DNA of 64,000 bases from Meiothermus sp. (GCA_033762915.1 JANRLD010000042.1:96001-160000); one strand, 5' to 3'. Positions 1-9,849 are shown, counted from the first letter of the stretch. The notes: generated by a model from the letters alone, not told the origin. Numbers and translations are program-made.

Positions 1-352
1 AAATCCGCACCTCGTCGCGAAACTTGCCGCCTAACAACTGATATACCGGCAGCCCATAGTGCTTGCCTTTCAAGTCCCACAGTGCGGCCTCAATGCCGGT
101 GATGGCATTCCACACCAGGCCGCCCAGTGATCCTGCCCCCGAGGCTGCCCAACGCATCTGCTCGACCAGCCGCTCGATGTTGCGGTAGTCCTGCCCTTCC
201 AAGAGCGGGGCAAACTCTGCGACCATCTCGGGCAGGCCTGGCGCAAAAAAGCATTCACCTGTGCCGTAGCCGTCCTCGGCATAGACCCGCACATAGGTCC
301 AGTGAAAGTTGGCCTGTACTACGGCGGTGGATAGTTTCCGGATTCTCGGCAT
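1..352 (-). CDS. Mandelate racemase/muconate lactonising enzyme family protein (sugar-acid dehydratase), N-terminal part, runs off the window
   Basis: Not in the ORF track. Manual translation from ATG at 352 (SD AGAGG) gives MPRIRKLSTAVVQANFHWTYVRVYAEDGYGTGECF...AITGIEAALWDLKGKHYGLPVYQLLGGKFRDEVRI, which contains the enolase-superfamily N-domain signature ALWDLxGK...PVYxLLGG. Confidence 0.9.
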   Translation of the reverse strand, partial: MPRIRKLSTAVVQANFHWTYVRVYAEDGYGTGECFFAPGLPEMVAEFAPLLEGQDYRNIERLVEQMRWAASGAGSLGGLVWNAITGIEAALWDLKGKHYGLPVYQLLGGKFRDEVRI

Positions 353-374
353 CGGTTTACCTCTGGCCCCTCGC

Positions 375-1199
375 CTAGCCCTTCACTGCGCCCGCCGTCA
401 GCCCGCGCACCACGAAGCGGCTCAACAGGGCGGCGATCAGGATGGTGGGGACGATGTACATCATGCTGGCCGCTGACATGTGATCCCAGCGGATGCCGAA
501 TAGCAGGCTCATCTGCGAGAGGGCCATGGGCAGGGTCTGTGAGGCCGGGGTGGAGGTCAGCACCAGCGGCAGGGCGAAGTCGTTCCAGCTAAACAGGAAG
601 GCGAAAATCGCGGTCACCGCCAGGCCGGGTGCGGATATGGGCAGCACAATGCGCCAAAAGGTGCCGAGCCTCGAGCAGCCGTCCACCAGCGCGGCCTCCT
701 CGAGTTCTTTGGGCAGGCTGCGGAAGAAGCCCTCGAGGATCCAGATAGCCAGCGGCAGCACGAAGGCCAACTGGGCGATGATCACCGCCGCGCGGGTGTT
801 GAGGAGGCCCAGGCTGGCGAACATCAGGTACAACGGAATCATCAGCGAGATGCTGGGGATCATCCGCATCACCAGCACCAGCACCAGCAGGAACCCGCTG
901 CCCGCGAATCGGTACCGGGCGAAGCCGTAGGCCCCCAGCGACCCGATCACCACGGCCAGGGCGGTCACGCTCAGCGAGGTCACCAGGCTGTTGGCCAGGA
1001 AGGCCGTCATCTCGTAGGTGCGGAAGACCGAGAGGTAGTTCTCGAGGGTGAACTGGCTGGGCAGTCCGAAGCTGAACAACTCGCGGGGCGGCTTGAAGGA
1101 GGTCAGGCCCAGCCAGAAAATCGGGAAGACGAAAAACAGCACCGCCAGCCCGATGAGTAGGTAGCTGAGGTATATCTTGATCCGCTCGTTGCGCCTCAC
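375..1199 (-). CDS. Carbohydrate ABC transporter permease (MalG-like)
   Basis: About 6 hydrophobic segments; EAA loop ELEEAALVDGCSRL; C-terminal GLTAGAVKG. Confidence 0.95.
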   Translation of the reverse strand: MRRNERIKIYLSYLLIGLAVLFFVFPIFWLGLTSFKPPRELFSFGLPSQFTLENYLSVFRTYEMTAFLANSLVTSLSVTALAVVIGSLGAYGFARYRFAGSGFLLVLVLVMRMIPSISLMIPLYLMFASLGLLNTRAAVIIAQLAFVLPLAIWILEGFFRSLPKELEEAALVDGCSRLGTFWRIVLPISAPGLAVTAIFAFLFSWNDFALPLVLTSTPASQTLPMALSQMSLLFGIRWDHMSAASMMYIVPTILIAALLSRFVVRGLTAGAVKG

Positions 1200-1245
1200 C
1201 CCCAGACCTCCGAGCCTTCCACACCTGGATTTACCTCGACCCAGG

Positions 1246-2211
1246 TCATGCAGTCTCCTCCCGGCGTAGTAGACGGATCAAGAGCAGACCTGCGACGATC
1301 AGCATCGCCAGCATGATCATGGAACCCGCCGAGGCCTGTCCCACGTTGAGGTTGACAAAGTTGAGCCGATACAGAAAGTAGCTCAGCACGTCGGTTGAGT
1401 TGGCGGGGCCGCCCTGGGTCAGAATGTACACCAGGTCGAAGACCCGAAAAGCGTCCATTCCGCGAATCAGCAGGGCCACCAGAATGATGGGTTGTAACAG
1501 CGGCAGGGTGATTTTAACAAAGCGCTGCCAGCTGTTGGCCCCGTCCATCCGGGCGGCCTCGTAGAGTTCGTCGGGGATCACGGTCAGGCCCGCGCCTAGC
1601 AAAATCACCATGATCGGGGTGGTGGCCCATATCTCCACGATGATCAGGCTCCACAGGGCGAGGTCAGGGCTCGAGAGCCAGGGTATGCTGCCCTGCACCA
1701 GTCCCAGCGCCCTGGCCACCTGGTTAATCACCCCGAGCTGGTCGTTGTACATGAACTTCCACATCAGCCCCATCACCACCGGGGCCAGCATCATTGGGAT
1801 CACGATCAGGGTGCGGGCTAGGTCGCGCCCCACCCGCAGCTTGACCAAAGCCAGCGCGATGATCAGTCCCAGCGCCAGCTCGATGGGAACTGCCACGAAG
1901 GTGTAGATGAAGCTGTGCCAAAGCGCGGTGCGGAAGCCCTCATCGCCCAGCACGCTGAGGTAGTTGTCGAGGCCGTTGAAGCGGATGTCGTCGGGCCTCG
2001 AGAGCCTGAAGAACTGGAAGCTGGCCCACACCGCGTACAGCAGCGGGTAGGCTACCACCATCGCCAGCACCACGAACAGCGGCGAGACCAATAAGGCCCC
2101 GAACTGCGCGTTATTGAGGTTGAATCTTCTCAAGTCGGCGGCTCCTCGGGTGGGTGGCGTATCACCTACAGCGTAATGCGTTCGGTGTTCCCCGGATCCT
2201 CTTCCCGACAA
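1246..2211 (-). CDS. Carbohydrate ABC transporter permease (MalF-like); true start may lie downstream
   Basis: GLDNY motif, EAA loop ELYEAARMDGA, LTQGGP motif. Confidence 0.92.
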   Translation of the reverse strand: MSGRGSGEHRTHYAVGDTPPTRGAADLRRFNLNNAQFGALLVSPLFVVLAMVVAYPLLYAVWASFQFFRLSRPDDIRFNGLDNYLSVLGDEGFRTALWHSFIYTFVAVPIELALGLIIALALVKLRVGRDLARTLIVIPMMLAPVVMGLMWKFMYNDQLGVINQVARALGLVQGSIPWLSSPDLALWSLIIVEIWATTPIMVILLGAGLTVIPDELYEAARMDGANSWQRFVKITLPLLQPIILVALLIRGMDAFRVFDLVYILTQGGPANSTDVLSYFLYRLNFVNLNVGQASAGSMIMLAMLIVAGLLLIRLLRREETA

Positions 2212-2262
2212 GGCGAATCTAGGCAGGGAGGATGCTGCCTAGATTCGGGGTCGGGGCTAAGG

Positions 2263-3657
2263 CTAGCGTTTGGGCGGGAAGTTGTTGGTGCTCAGAATCT
2301 TGCGGATGTCGGCGGCGGCCTGGGTCAGTGCGGCCTGTGGGGTGGCCCGCCCGATCAGCGACTGCTGGATGGCGTTTTGCAGCACATTCTCGATGGGCAT
2401 CCAGCTCTCGCCGGTGGCCAGGGGCGAGACCATTCTGCCGTCGGGCATGTTCTGCGAGATGGCCACGAAGGGCTGGCCCTTGCTGCGGGCCAGCTCGGCC
2501 AGCACGCTGCGCCGTACCGGCACCAGGCTGCCCTCGGCGTAGAGCCTCGAGGCGGCGGGGCTGGCGAACCACTTCGCCAGGTCGATGGCGGCTTCTTTCT
2601 TGCCACACTTCTCAAACACGTTGAACGACCAGCCGCCGATGTTGCCGCCCCGGTTGATCCGGTTGTTGATCAGCACGCCTGGCTTGCGCCCCACTGCCAC
2701 CTGGCCCACCACCTTGGACTGCTTGGGGTCTTGCAGGATGCTCCACATGTAGGGCCAGTTGATCGCCATGGCCACCCGGCCCTCAGCGAACAGGGTGTGG
2801 AACTCGGTGTAGTCAAAGGTGTTGGTGTCCTTGGGATAGATGTTGTGGCGGCGGAAGTTGTCTACTACCCACTGGAGCGAGCGCACGGCGGCGGGCGAGT
2901 CCACGATCACGTTGTACTTGTCGTCGAAGACGTCACCGCCGAAGGCGAAGAGGTAGTTGTACCACTCCCAGGTGGAGGCCAGGTTGGAGGCCCCTTTGAA
3001 GGCCGAGCCGTAGACGGCGATGCGGGTGGGGTCGAAGCCGGGCTCGTTGCCACGCTTGCCGTTCACGTCCACAGTCAGGCGGATGGCCCACTGGCGGAAC
3101 TCGTCGTAGGTGTTGGGCGGGCGGTTGGGTAGCCCGGCGGCGCGGAAGAGGTCGGTGCGCCAGAACAGGATGTTGGTGTCGGAGTACATCGGCATTCCGT
3201 AGAGCTTGCCGTCAATCGAGTACTGGTTCACGTCGCCCTGGAACATGTCGGCCACGTCCACCGGCCGGGGCAGCTCGGCCAGTAGGCCGCTCATGCCGAA
3301 GTCCTTGGCCCCCCCCGCGCCGGTCTCCATCGCGTCGTAGGGGCACTGCCCCGCCAGCAGGGCCAGGCGCACCTTGTTGTAGATCTCGTTCTCGGGGATC
3401 GGTACGAAGTTGACCTTGGCTCCCGAGGCGCGCTCGAAGGACTCCCTGAGCTGTCCGTAGATACGGTCGTAGGGGGGGTTGGTGTGCGAGGCGTTGATGA
3501 CTACGTTGAGGGTGGTGCCTGCCCAGTTGCGCGGCTGATAGAAGTCCCGGATGGCCTGAGCGGTAGGGGCGGCCTGGGCCAGCGCCGCCGAGAGCAACCC
3601 CAGCGACAGCGAACCCGACAGCACCTTGACCAGACGATTTGCTGCGTTCGTGACCAT
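2263..3657 (-). CDS. Sugar ABC transporter substrate-binding protein (family 1)
   Basis: Signal peptide ending ALAQA; DGKLYGMP, WRTDLF, F..GRVAM, GGWSF motifs; ATG at 3657 preceded by SD GGAGAGG. Confidence 0.92.
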   Translation of the reverse strand: MVTNAANRLVKVLSGSLSLGLLSAALAQAAPTAQAIRDFYQPRNWAGTTLNVVINASHTNPPYDRIYGQLRESFERASGAKVNFVPIPENEIYNKVRLALLAGQCPYDAMETGAGGAKDFGMSGLLAELPRPVDVADMFQGDVNQYSIDGKLYGMPMYSDTNILFWRTDLFRAAGLPNRPPNTYDEFRQWAIRLTVDVNGKRGNEPGFDPTRIAVYGSAFKGASNLASTWEWYNYLFAFGGDVFDDKYNVIVDSPAAVRSLQWVVDNFRRHNIYPKDTNTFDYTEFHTLFAEGRVAMAINWPYMWSILQDPKQSKVVGQVAVGRKPGVLINNRINRGGNIGGWSFNVFEKCGKKEAAIDLAKWFASPAASRLYAEGSLVPVRRSVLAELARSKGQPFVAISQNMPDGRMVSPLATGESWMPIENVLQNAIQQSLIGRATPQAALTQAAADIRKILSTNNFPPKR

Positions 3658-3700
3658 ACCTCTCCTTTTTTGTAGCACAGACCTTTGAAAGGTTGAGCAA

Positions 3701-3736
3701 ATGTTATGTCAGCATGTATCAAACTGTCAAGCTATC
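3701..3736 (-). promoter_or_regulatory. Putative sigma70 promoter of the SBP operon (TTGACA-18-TAACAT)
   Basis: Plus strand ATGTTA at 3701-3706 and TGTCAA at 3725-3730; the 13-mer CTGTCAAGCTATC is repeated at 5386-5398. Confidence 0.55.
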
Positions 3737-3801
3737 ATATAGCTATTGGGATGGCGGCTGACGGGGTGTGACCTCACTCCCGGGTGGACGCTGAATTCCG
3801 C

Positions 3802-5352
3802 CTACCCTGCTGGCTCGATCTTGATCAAACCCAGTCCACCGCCAGCCGTCTTGTCTGGCCTCACTCGCACGGACAGTGCGTCCAGTCCGGCGGCGTCCAC
3901 GGTCTGGCTCGAGCCGTCCCAGAGTTCGGTCAGGAGGTACCGCAGGTGCTCCCTCAGGCCCAGCTGCTCAAGCGGAACCCTCACCGTCACCTCGATAGCA
4001 TGGGCGGTGGGGTTTCCGACCACCACCACTGCCTTGCTCCCCCCGTGGCGGGCGTAGGGCCGGGGTATCTCGGCCGCACAGCGGTACTCCAGCGGCACGA
4101 TCCCCAGGTCGCCGTAGTTGGACACCGCACCCAGCACCTCGGCCTCGGCCTTACGCAGCCCGATCAAGCGGGTCACGTCCTCGAGCATGGCCCGATGGGC
4201 GGTCCCCTCGAGTGCTCCCCACTGCACCTCGCCGCCGTAGAGCCACTTGCCCTGGCCGGGGTCGGCCCCGCCAAAGAGCTGGGGCGATAGCTGGGGCAGG
4301 GCCTTGAAGGGCGCGTCGAATTCTTCGCCCGCCACCCAGATCGGTACCAGTCCGCTGAACAACGCCCCGTAGCCGAAGATAAAGCGGCTGCCCTGGGCCA
4401 CGTAGGGGTTGTCGTGCTCGAAGCCCTCCCAGCCGTTGTCGTGCGAGCTGATCTGGCCGCTGGAGTAGGCGAAGGGTGGGATCTCGCTGAGACTCTGGGG
4501 CCAGGCCCGGTCGCGCTGAGTGATGCTCTGGAGCCAGGTGTCCCAGTGCTCCTTCTGCCACACGTTGGCGTAGCCGTGTTGCCCGTTGATCTCGTCAGGG
4601 CGCTTGCGGTGCGGGCTGAGCAGGGTGGGCGGGTCGCGCTGCACCAGATCTATGGCCTTAAGGAAATCGGCCCTCGGGGGGATGTGCTCGAGGTCAGACT
4701 GGCGGGAGAACTCGAGGCCGCCCCGGTAGTTCAGCTCGTTGATGAAAATGATCTCGTGCCCAGCCTCGGCGGCCCTCCGGCGTACCTCGAGCCAGAGGTC
4801 AACCCGCCGCATCCCCAGGTCAATGCGGAAGCCCGAGACCCCGAACTCCAGGGCGTAGCGTGTCCACATGCCCACCCACCACTCGTCCATCTCGGGGTCG
4901 CGCAGGTCGAAGTCGAAATCCACCATGCCCCAGCTCTTGCCGCGAAACCAGTGGGGTTTGCGCTGCACCAAGGGGCTGTCGGCCATGACCCCGTGCTCGA
5001 TCACGTCCAGGAACACCCGGATGCCGTGTCGGCGGGCCTCGGAAACCATGTTCTTAAAGTCCTGCTCGGTGCCCAGACTCGGATCAATCACGTCGGGTTC
5101 GATGCAGGCGTACTGCGTCCAGATGTTATAGAAGTGGGTGGGGTGGGCCAGCGAGTGCCCGGTCAGCCAGATGCCGTTAACGCCCAAGGCCTGCAAGTAC
5201 GGAAGCCGCTCGCTCAGGCTGTTGAAGGTTCCGCTGCCCGGTCCGTCGGGTGAGGTGAAGGATTTGGTGGCGATCTCGTAGAGGATCAGGTCGCGCATCC
5301 ACTGGGGTGAGCGCACGTACTCTATGCCGGTTGGGGACAAGCTCTCGTTCAT
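3802..5352 (-). CDS. Alpha-amylase-family (GH13-like) glycoside hydrolase, atypical
   Basis: ILYEI...FT, LPYLQALGVNGIWL, IDPSLGTEQDFK, VFLDVIEH; catalytic-type motifs GFRIDLG, INE, SSHDN. Confidence 0.8.
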   Translation of the reverse strand: MNESLSPTGIEYVRSPQWMRDLILYEIATKSFTSPDGPGSGTFNSLSERLPYLQALGVNGIWLTGHSLAHPTHFYNIWTQYACIEPDVIDPSLGTEQDFKNMVSEARRHGIRVFLDVIEHGVMADSPLVQRKPHWFRGKSWGMVDFDFDLRDPEMDEWWVGMWTRYALEFGVSGFRIDLGMRRVDLWLEVRRRAAEAGHEIIFINELNYRGGLEFSRQSDLEHIPPRADFLKAIDLVQRDPPTLLSPHRKRPDEINGQHGYANVWQKEHWDTWLQSITQRDRAWPQSLSEIPPFAYSSGQISSHDNGWEGFEHDNPYVAQGSRFIFGYGALFSGLVPIWVAGEEFDAPFKALPQLSPQLFGGADPGQGKWLYGGEVQWGALEGTAHRAMLEDVTRLIGLRKAEAEVLGAVSNYGDLGIVPLEYRCAAEIPRPYARHGGSKAVVVVGNPTAHAIEVTVRVPLEQLGLREHLRYLLTELWDGSSQTVDAAGLDALSVRVRPDKTAGGGLGLIKIEPAG

Positions 5353-5428
5353 AGGGTTGACCCCATTATCCCAATCCGTGTTATGCTGTCAAGCTATCTT
5401 ACAGCAACACAACACGGAGGGGTGCGGG

Positions 5429-6193
5429 ATGGAACTGGAGAAAAAGGTGGCCCTGATTGTGGGTGCGGCGGGCGGGATCGGCAGCGCGATAGCCCGGCTC
5501 TTCGCCCAAGAGGGTGCGGCGGTGCTGCTGGCCGACCGCGACACGACAGCGCTGGGTGCGCTCGAGGCCGAACTTGCCGCCTCTGGCTACCAGGCTAAAG
5601 CCCTGGAGCTGGACTTGACCCAAAGCAGCTCGGTAGAAGCCGGCGTAGCCGCCGGGGTGGCCGCCTTCGGGGGAATAGACCTCAACGTTAACGCGGCTGG
5701 CCTGCTACGGGTGGGCCGCATTGATGAAATGAGCGAGGACGACTGGGATCTGCTGATGAGCGTCAACGTGCGGGGGGTGTTCCTGACCCTCAAGCACGTG
5801 GTTCCACACCTAAAAACCGCAGGCGGCGGGGTGGTTGTGAACTTGGCCTCGGTCTCGGCTTTTGTAGGAGCCGACGGCGGCTCGGCCTACCACGCCAGCA
5901 AGGGCGCGGTGCATAGCCTGAGTTTGGCCCTGGCCCAGGAACTGGCCCCCTTCGGGATTCGGGTCAACTCGCTGTGCCCCGGCTGGGTGGACGCCGGATT
6001 TACCCGCCAGGCTCTGCGCGAGAGCACCGACCCTGCCGGAGTCCAGGCCGCCGCCCGCAGCGCTCACCTGCTGGGCCGGATGGCCACCCCCAAGGAGGTC
6101 GCCCAAGGGGCCTTATTCCTGGCCTCGCCGAGGGCCTCTTTCGTGACTGGCAGCGGGCTGTTCATCGACGGCGGGTTTATGGTCAAGCGCTAG
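5429..6193 (+). CDS. SDR family oxidoreductase
   Basis: GAAGGIG, NAAG, YxxxK (YHASK), NSLCPG, IDGG; ATG at 5429 after GGAGG. Confidence 0.93.
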   Translation: MELEKKVALIVGAAGGIGSAIARLFAQEGAAVLLADRDTTALGALEAELAASGYQAKALELDLTQSSSVEAGVAAGVAAFGGIDLNVNAAGLLRVGRIDEMSEDDWDLLMSVNVRGVFLTLKHVVPHLKTAGGGVVVNLASVSAFVGADGGSAYHASKGAVHSLSLALAQELAPFGIRVNSLCPGWVDAGFTRQALRESTDPAGVQAAARSAHLLGRMATPKEVAQGALFLASPRASFVTGSGLFIDGGFMVKR

Positions 6194-6436
6194 CGCCTCG
6201 AGGACACCGCCCCGCCACGTCGGCACCTTCTGACAGCGGTTCTCGCGAACACCGCGCACAGAGACCCGGATGCGCGTTGGCGCTTAGGCGCCTGAGGCGT
6301 AAGGTGGGAATCGCTGTGAGTCTGATCTCGCCACGGCGACCGGCGGCCGGTCGCCGGGTGGTCCGTTCTTCGCCAGCGCGCTTGGCGATAGGGGCCTTTA
6401 CACCTCTGTCGCTGTCCAATGCCTCGAGCCTCCTCC

Positions 6437-6629
6437 GTGCTTCCCACCAATACCTCCCTCGCGTCGGCAGGTAATGTACTCCCCGTCGCGCTTCCCATCC
6501 ATACTCCGCCCACGGTGTTGCGCTAAAGCGGAGTATTGCACTCGGTACGGCGGTTTTTGCCGTATGGAGTGTTCGTGGTAACTGCTCTACAGCAAAAACC
6601 GCTGTAAGGAGTATGCATGGGAACCGCGA
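6437..6629 (-). mobile_element. Degenerate MITE-like repeat containing a second copy nested at an internal TA (about 6485-6589)
   Basis: 6451-6483 and 6588-6627 match the reverse complement of 19901-20007. The inner segment starts GCGCTTCCCATCCATACTCC and ends TGGTAACTGCTCTA, both resembling the termini of the same element. Confidence 0.7.
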
Positions 6630-6637
6630 TCAGTCCC

Positions 6638-7657
6638 CTAAATCCCACGCACCAACCACCCGAACTCCCGCAGCACTTGCTGCTCCTGCGGGTGGATGTC
6701 GCCAAACGGACGCGGCCCCACGTTGAGCAGAAAGACCGCATTCCGGCTGCGGACTTTCTGGTAGAGGTCGTACACCTCAAGCGCGCTCTTGGGCCGGTGG
6801 TTCCAGGGCTGGTACGACCACCCTGCGTTGAGGTTCCACCACGAGGCCAGCGGCCGGTCGCCCACCTCGGCGGTGTTGAACCCGATGGTGTTCTCGCCGG
6901 GCAGGTCGAGCTCCGAAACCTGGTAGTCCTCGCCCCTCAGCGGCAGAATGTGGGTGTTGCTGGCGATCACCGCGTCGGGTTGAAGGGAGTGAATCAGGTC
7001 GTAGGTGCCCGCCAAATCCCAGGCCCCCCCGGCGCCGAAATACAGCTCCTCGTCGGGAGTCTCAAATACGGCGCGGGGCCAGTAGCCGTCAAACACGAAG
7101 CCCCCGACCGGGCCGTAGTTGGTGCACAACTCGCGAATCTGGGCCTGGTAAAACTCCACGTATTTGCCCCAGTCGCCGCGGTAATCCTTGTGCGTCCAGT
7201 CCACCAGCGAGTAGTAGAAGTGCAGGGCAATTCCCCGCTGGTGCAAGGCCCGGGACAACTCGCCCAGGATGTCGCGCCGGAAGGGGGTGTGCGCCACGCT
7301 GAAGTCGGTGTGGGCGCTGTCGAAGAGGCAGAAGCCGTCGTGGTGTTTGCTGGTGATGAAGAAGAACTTGGCCCCCACCTCCAGCAGCAAATCCCCCCAC
7401 TCGTCGGCGTCGAAGCGGGCAGGGTTGAAGCGCTCCATGCGCTCCTTGTACTCCTGGAAGGGGATGCGCTCGTTGAAATAGGCCCACTCGTTGCCGCTAT
7501 TCCCCAGCGCGTACAGCCCCCAGTGCGCGGTGAGGCCGAAGCCCGATCTCACGAAGCGCCCCAGGCCTGGGGGCGAAGCCTGAAGCTTGGCCTTGGAGGT
7601 GTCTTCGGCGGAATAGGTAGGTACGGTTTTCAAGCAGGGCTCCTCGAATGAGAACAT
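6638..7657 (-). CDS. Alpha-L-fucosidase (GH29)
   Basis: HWGLY, FNPARFDADEW, ITSKHHDGFCLF, YYSLVDW, FDGYW nucleophile region, LLNVGP. Confidence 0.92.
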   Translation of the reverse strand: MFSFEEPCLKTVPTYSAEDTSKAKLQASPPGLGRFVRSGFGLTAHWGLYALGNSGNEWAYFNERIPFQEYKERMERFNPARFDADEWGDLLLEVGAKFFFITSKHHDGFCLFDSAHTDFSVAHTPFRRDILGELSRALHQRGIALHFYYSLVDWTHKDYRGDWGKYVEFYQAQIRELCTNYGPVGGFVFDGYWPRAVFETPDEELYFGAGGAWDLAGTYDLIHSLQPDAVIASNTHILPLRGEDYQVSELDLPGENTIGFNTAEVGDRPLASWWNLNAGWSYQPWNHRPKSALEVYDLYQKVRSRNAVFLLNVGPRPFGDIHPQEQQVLREFGWLVRGI

Positions 7658-7792
7658 ACTACTTTGCCCGCTTCGATTGGCTTGGCGGGCGGCTGTACTC
7701 GATCCAGACTGATGCTGTGCGTTGTTTGGATTGTATCTGGCAAAAATTGTAAGATTAAGTTATCATCACATCCTCAACAATCCGGAGTTTAC

Positions 7793-8503
7793 ATGAGCCT
7801 CGAACAATACACTCGAGCCCTTCTTAATTTGCTGCATACCGTAAGCCAGAGCGAGGAAGCCTCCATGCGCAAGGCGGCGGCTTGGATCGCCGACGCGCTG
7901 TCCGCCGACGGGCTGCTCTACACCTTCGGGACCGGTCACTCCCAGCTCCTGGCCTGCGAGGCCTTCTACCGGGCGGGCGGCCTGGCCCCGGTCAGCGTGA
8001 TGCTGGAGGGGACGGTGGGCCTTGAGCCGGGCGCGGTGGCCTCGAGTTTCCTCGAGCGCACCACCGGCTACGGCGCCCTGGTGGCCGAGCGCTACCCCAT
8101 CGGGCCCAGGGACGTGCTGATGGTCTTCTCCAACAGCGCCGCTAACGCGGTGCCGCTGGAGGTGGCCCGGGCCGTGAAGGCCCGTGGGGCCAAGGTGGTG
8201 GCGGTGATCAGCCGCCGCTACGCCGAGTTCAAGGGCTCGGCGATGTTCGAGATCGCCGACCTGATCCTCGACAACCACGCGCCCCCGGGCGATGCGGTAA
8301 TCCCGGTAGGCGACGCAGCGGTGGGGCCGGTGTCCACGGTGGCGGGCGCCTACATCCTTAATGCAGTGCTGAGCGAGGTGGCGGCCCTCCTCGGCGAGCG
8401 CGGGGAGGCCGTCCCGCTGTACCTCAGCAGCAACATGCCCGGCGCACCCGAGCACAACGCGCGCCTGGTCGAACGTTTCAGGCCACGCATCCGCCACCTG
8501 TAG
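7793..8503 (+). CDS. SIS-domain sugar isomerase (SIS_2/UPF0309-like)
   Basis: FGTGHS, EAFYRAGGL, SNS, ADLILDN..PGDA, GPVSTV; SD GGAG before ATG at 7793. Confidence 0.9.
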   Translation: MSLEQYTRALLNLLHTVSQSEEASMRKAAAWIADALSADGLLYTFGTGHSQLLACEAFYRAGGLAPVSVMLEGTVGLEPGAVASSFLERTTGYGALVAERYPIGPRDVLMVFSNSAANAVPLEVARAVKARGAKVVAVISRRYAEFKGSAMFEIADLILDNHAPPGDAVIPVGDAAVGPVSTVAGAYILNAVLSEVAALLGERGEAVPLYLSSNMPGAPEHNARLVERFRPRIRHL

Positions 8504-8537
8504 TGGCGCTAAAGGTTCGTGGAAAGGGAGGAAGTAG

Positions 8538-9803
8538 ATGGTACGAGCAATTTGGCTGATGGTCGCGGCATTCTGGCTGGCCGGGGGTGCCCTGGCCCAA
8601 CAGATTACCCTCTGGCACCAGGAGCAGCCGCCCGGCCGGGTGGCGCGGGTGCAGCAGTTAATCGACGAGTTCAACCGGGCCAACCCAGGGGTCACCGTGA
8701 GGCAGGAGGTGCAGAACTGGGGCGACGTCTACCCCAAGACGCTGGCCGCGATCCGGGCCGGCGTCCAGCCCGACATCCTCTTCACTATCCCCGACTTCAC
8801 CCTGGTGGTCAAGGAGACCGGGGCCGTCCAGCCCGTCACCGCCCTCGCGCGCGCGCTTAACAGCCGCTACCGCTTCCTCAACTCAGCCCTCGAGCCCTAC
8901 TCCTACGACAACCAGATCTGGGCGGTGCCGATGTACGGCATGACCCAGAGCCTGTGGTACCGCAAGGACCTGCTCGACGCTGCCGGGGTCAAGCCGCCCA
9001 CCAACTGGGACGAGCTGCTGGCCGCCGCCAAGAAGCTCACTGCCGACGGGCGCTACGGCATCGGCATCCCGGCCAACCGCAACCTCTACACCGACCAGGT
9101 CATCTACAACTTCATGATCGGGGCCGGGGCCAAGGAGCTGTTCGACGCCAGGTGCGGCGTCACCTTCAACACCCCCGCCACCGTGCGGGCCCTGGGCTAC
9201 TACCGCGACCTGTTCCAGTACTCCCCACCTGATAGCACCGGCTGGGCCTGGGGCGAGGCCGAGGCCGCCTTCGCCAGCGGCAAGGTGGCCATGATCCTCC
9301 AGTTCACCACGGTGCAGAGCTTCGACACCCAGGCCAAGCAGCCCGCCGGCAACCTGGGCGTGGTCGCGATCCCCGCGCCCGCCGGGGCCAAGCGGGGCAG
9401 CATCTACTACTCCAACGGGGCCATGATCCTCACCAACGACGCGGCCAAGCGGACGGCGGCTGAGAGGTTTATCAGCTTCTTGCTCGAGCCCAGGAACTAC
9501 GGGCGCTTCCTGACCATGGAGCCCGCGCTGTTCCTGCCCGCGACCGAGTCGGGGATGAGCTCGGTGGACTTCTTCCGCGACCGCACGGTCATCAAGTACA
9601 GCCGGCAGGTGCAGTCCATGCTGACCAACTCCCGCTCGGGCTCGCTCTTCGGGTTCACCAGCGGCCGGGTCTGCAAGGGCATCGGCGACATCTCGGCCCA
9701 GAATCTGCTGGCCCAGGTGGTGCAGAAGGTGATCGTAGAGAAGCAGACCCCCGAGCAGGCCGCGGCATGGGGGCAGGAGCAGATGGCCAGGGCAGCCCGA
9801 TAG
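8538..9803 (+). CDS. Sugar ABC transporter substrate-binding protein
   Basis: Signal peptide ending ALAQ; PDI, WAVP, WYRKDLL, PTNWDEL, FASGKVAM motifs. Confidence 0.93.
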   Translation: MVRAIWLMVAAFWLAGGALAQQITLWHQEQPPGRVARVQQLIDEFNRANPGVTVRQEVQNWGDVYPKTLAAIRAGVQPDILFTIPDFTLVVKETGAVQPVTALARALNSRYRFLNSALEPYSYDNQIWAVPMYGMTQSLWYRKDLLDAAGVKPPTNWDELLAAAKKLTADGRYGIGIPANRNLYTDQVIYNFMIGAGAKELFDARCGVTFNTPATVRALGYYRDLFQYSPPDSTGWAWGEAEAAFASGKVAMILQFTTVQSFDTQAKQPAGNLGVVAIPAPAGAKRGSIYYSNGAMILTNDAAKRTAAERFISFLLEPRNYGRFLTMEPALFLPATESGMSSVDFFRDRTVIKYSRQVQSMLTNSRSGSLFGFTSGRVCKGIGDISAQNLLAQVVQKVIVEKQTPEQAAAWGQEQMARAAR

Positions 9804-9849
9804 CCGGTGCCGGCCTCTTTTGGTACTTGAACGTTGTGGCTTAAACTCC

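Noticed and set aside
6194..6436. Small ORFs between the SDR gene and the MITE
   Set aside because: No SD, motif or codon pattern supports them; this may be decayed sequence.
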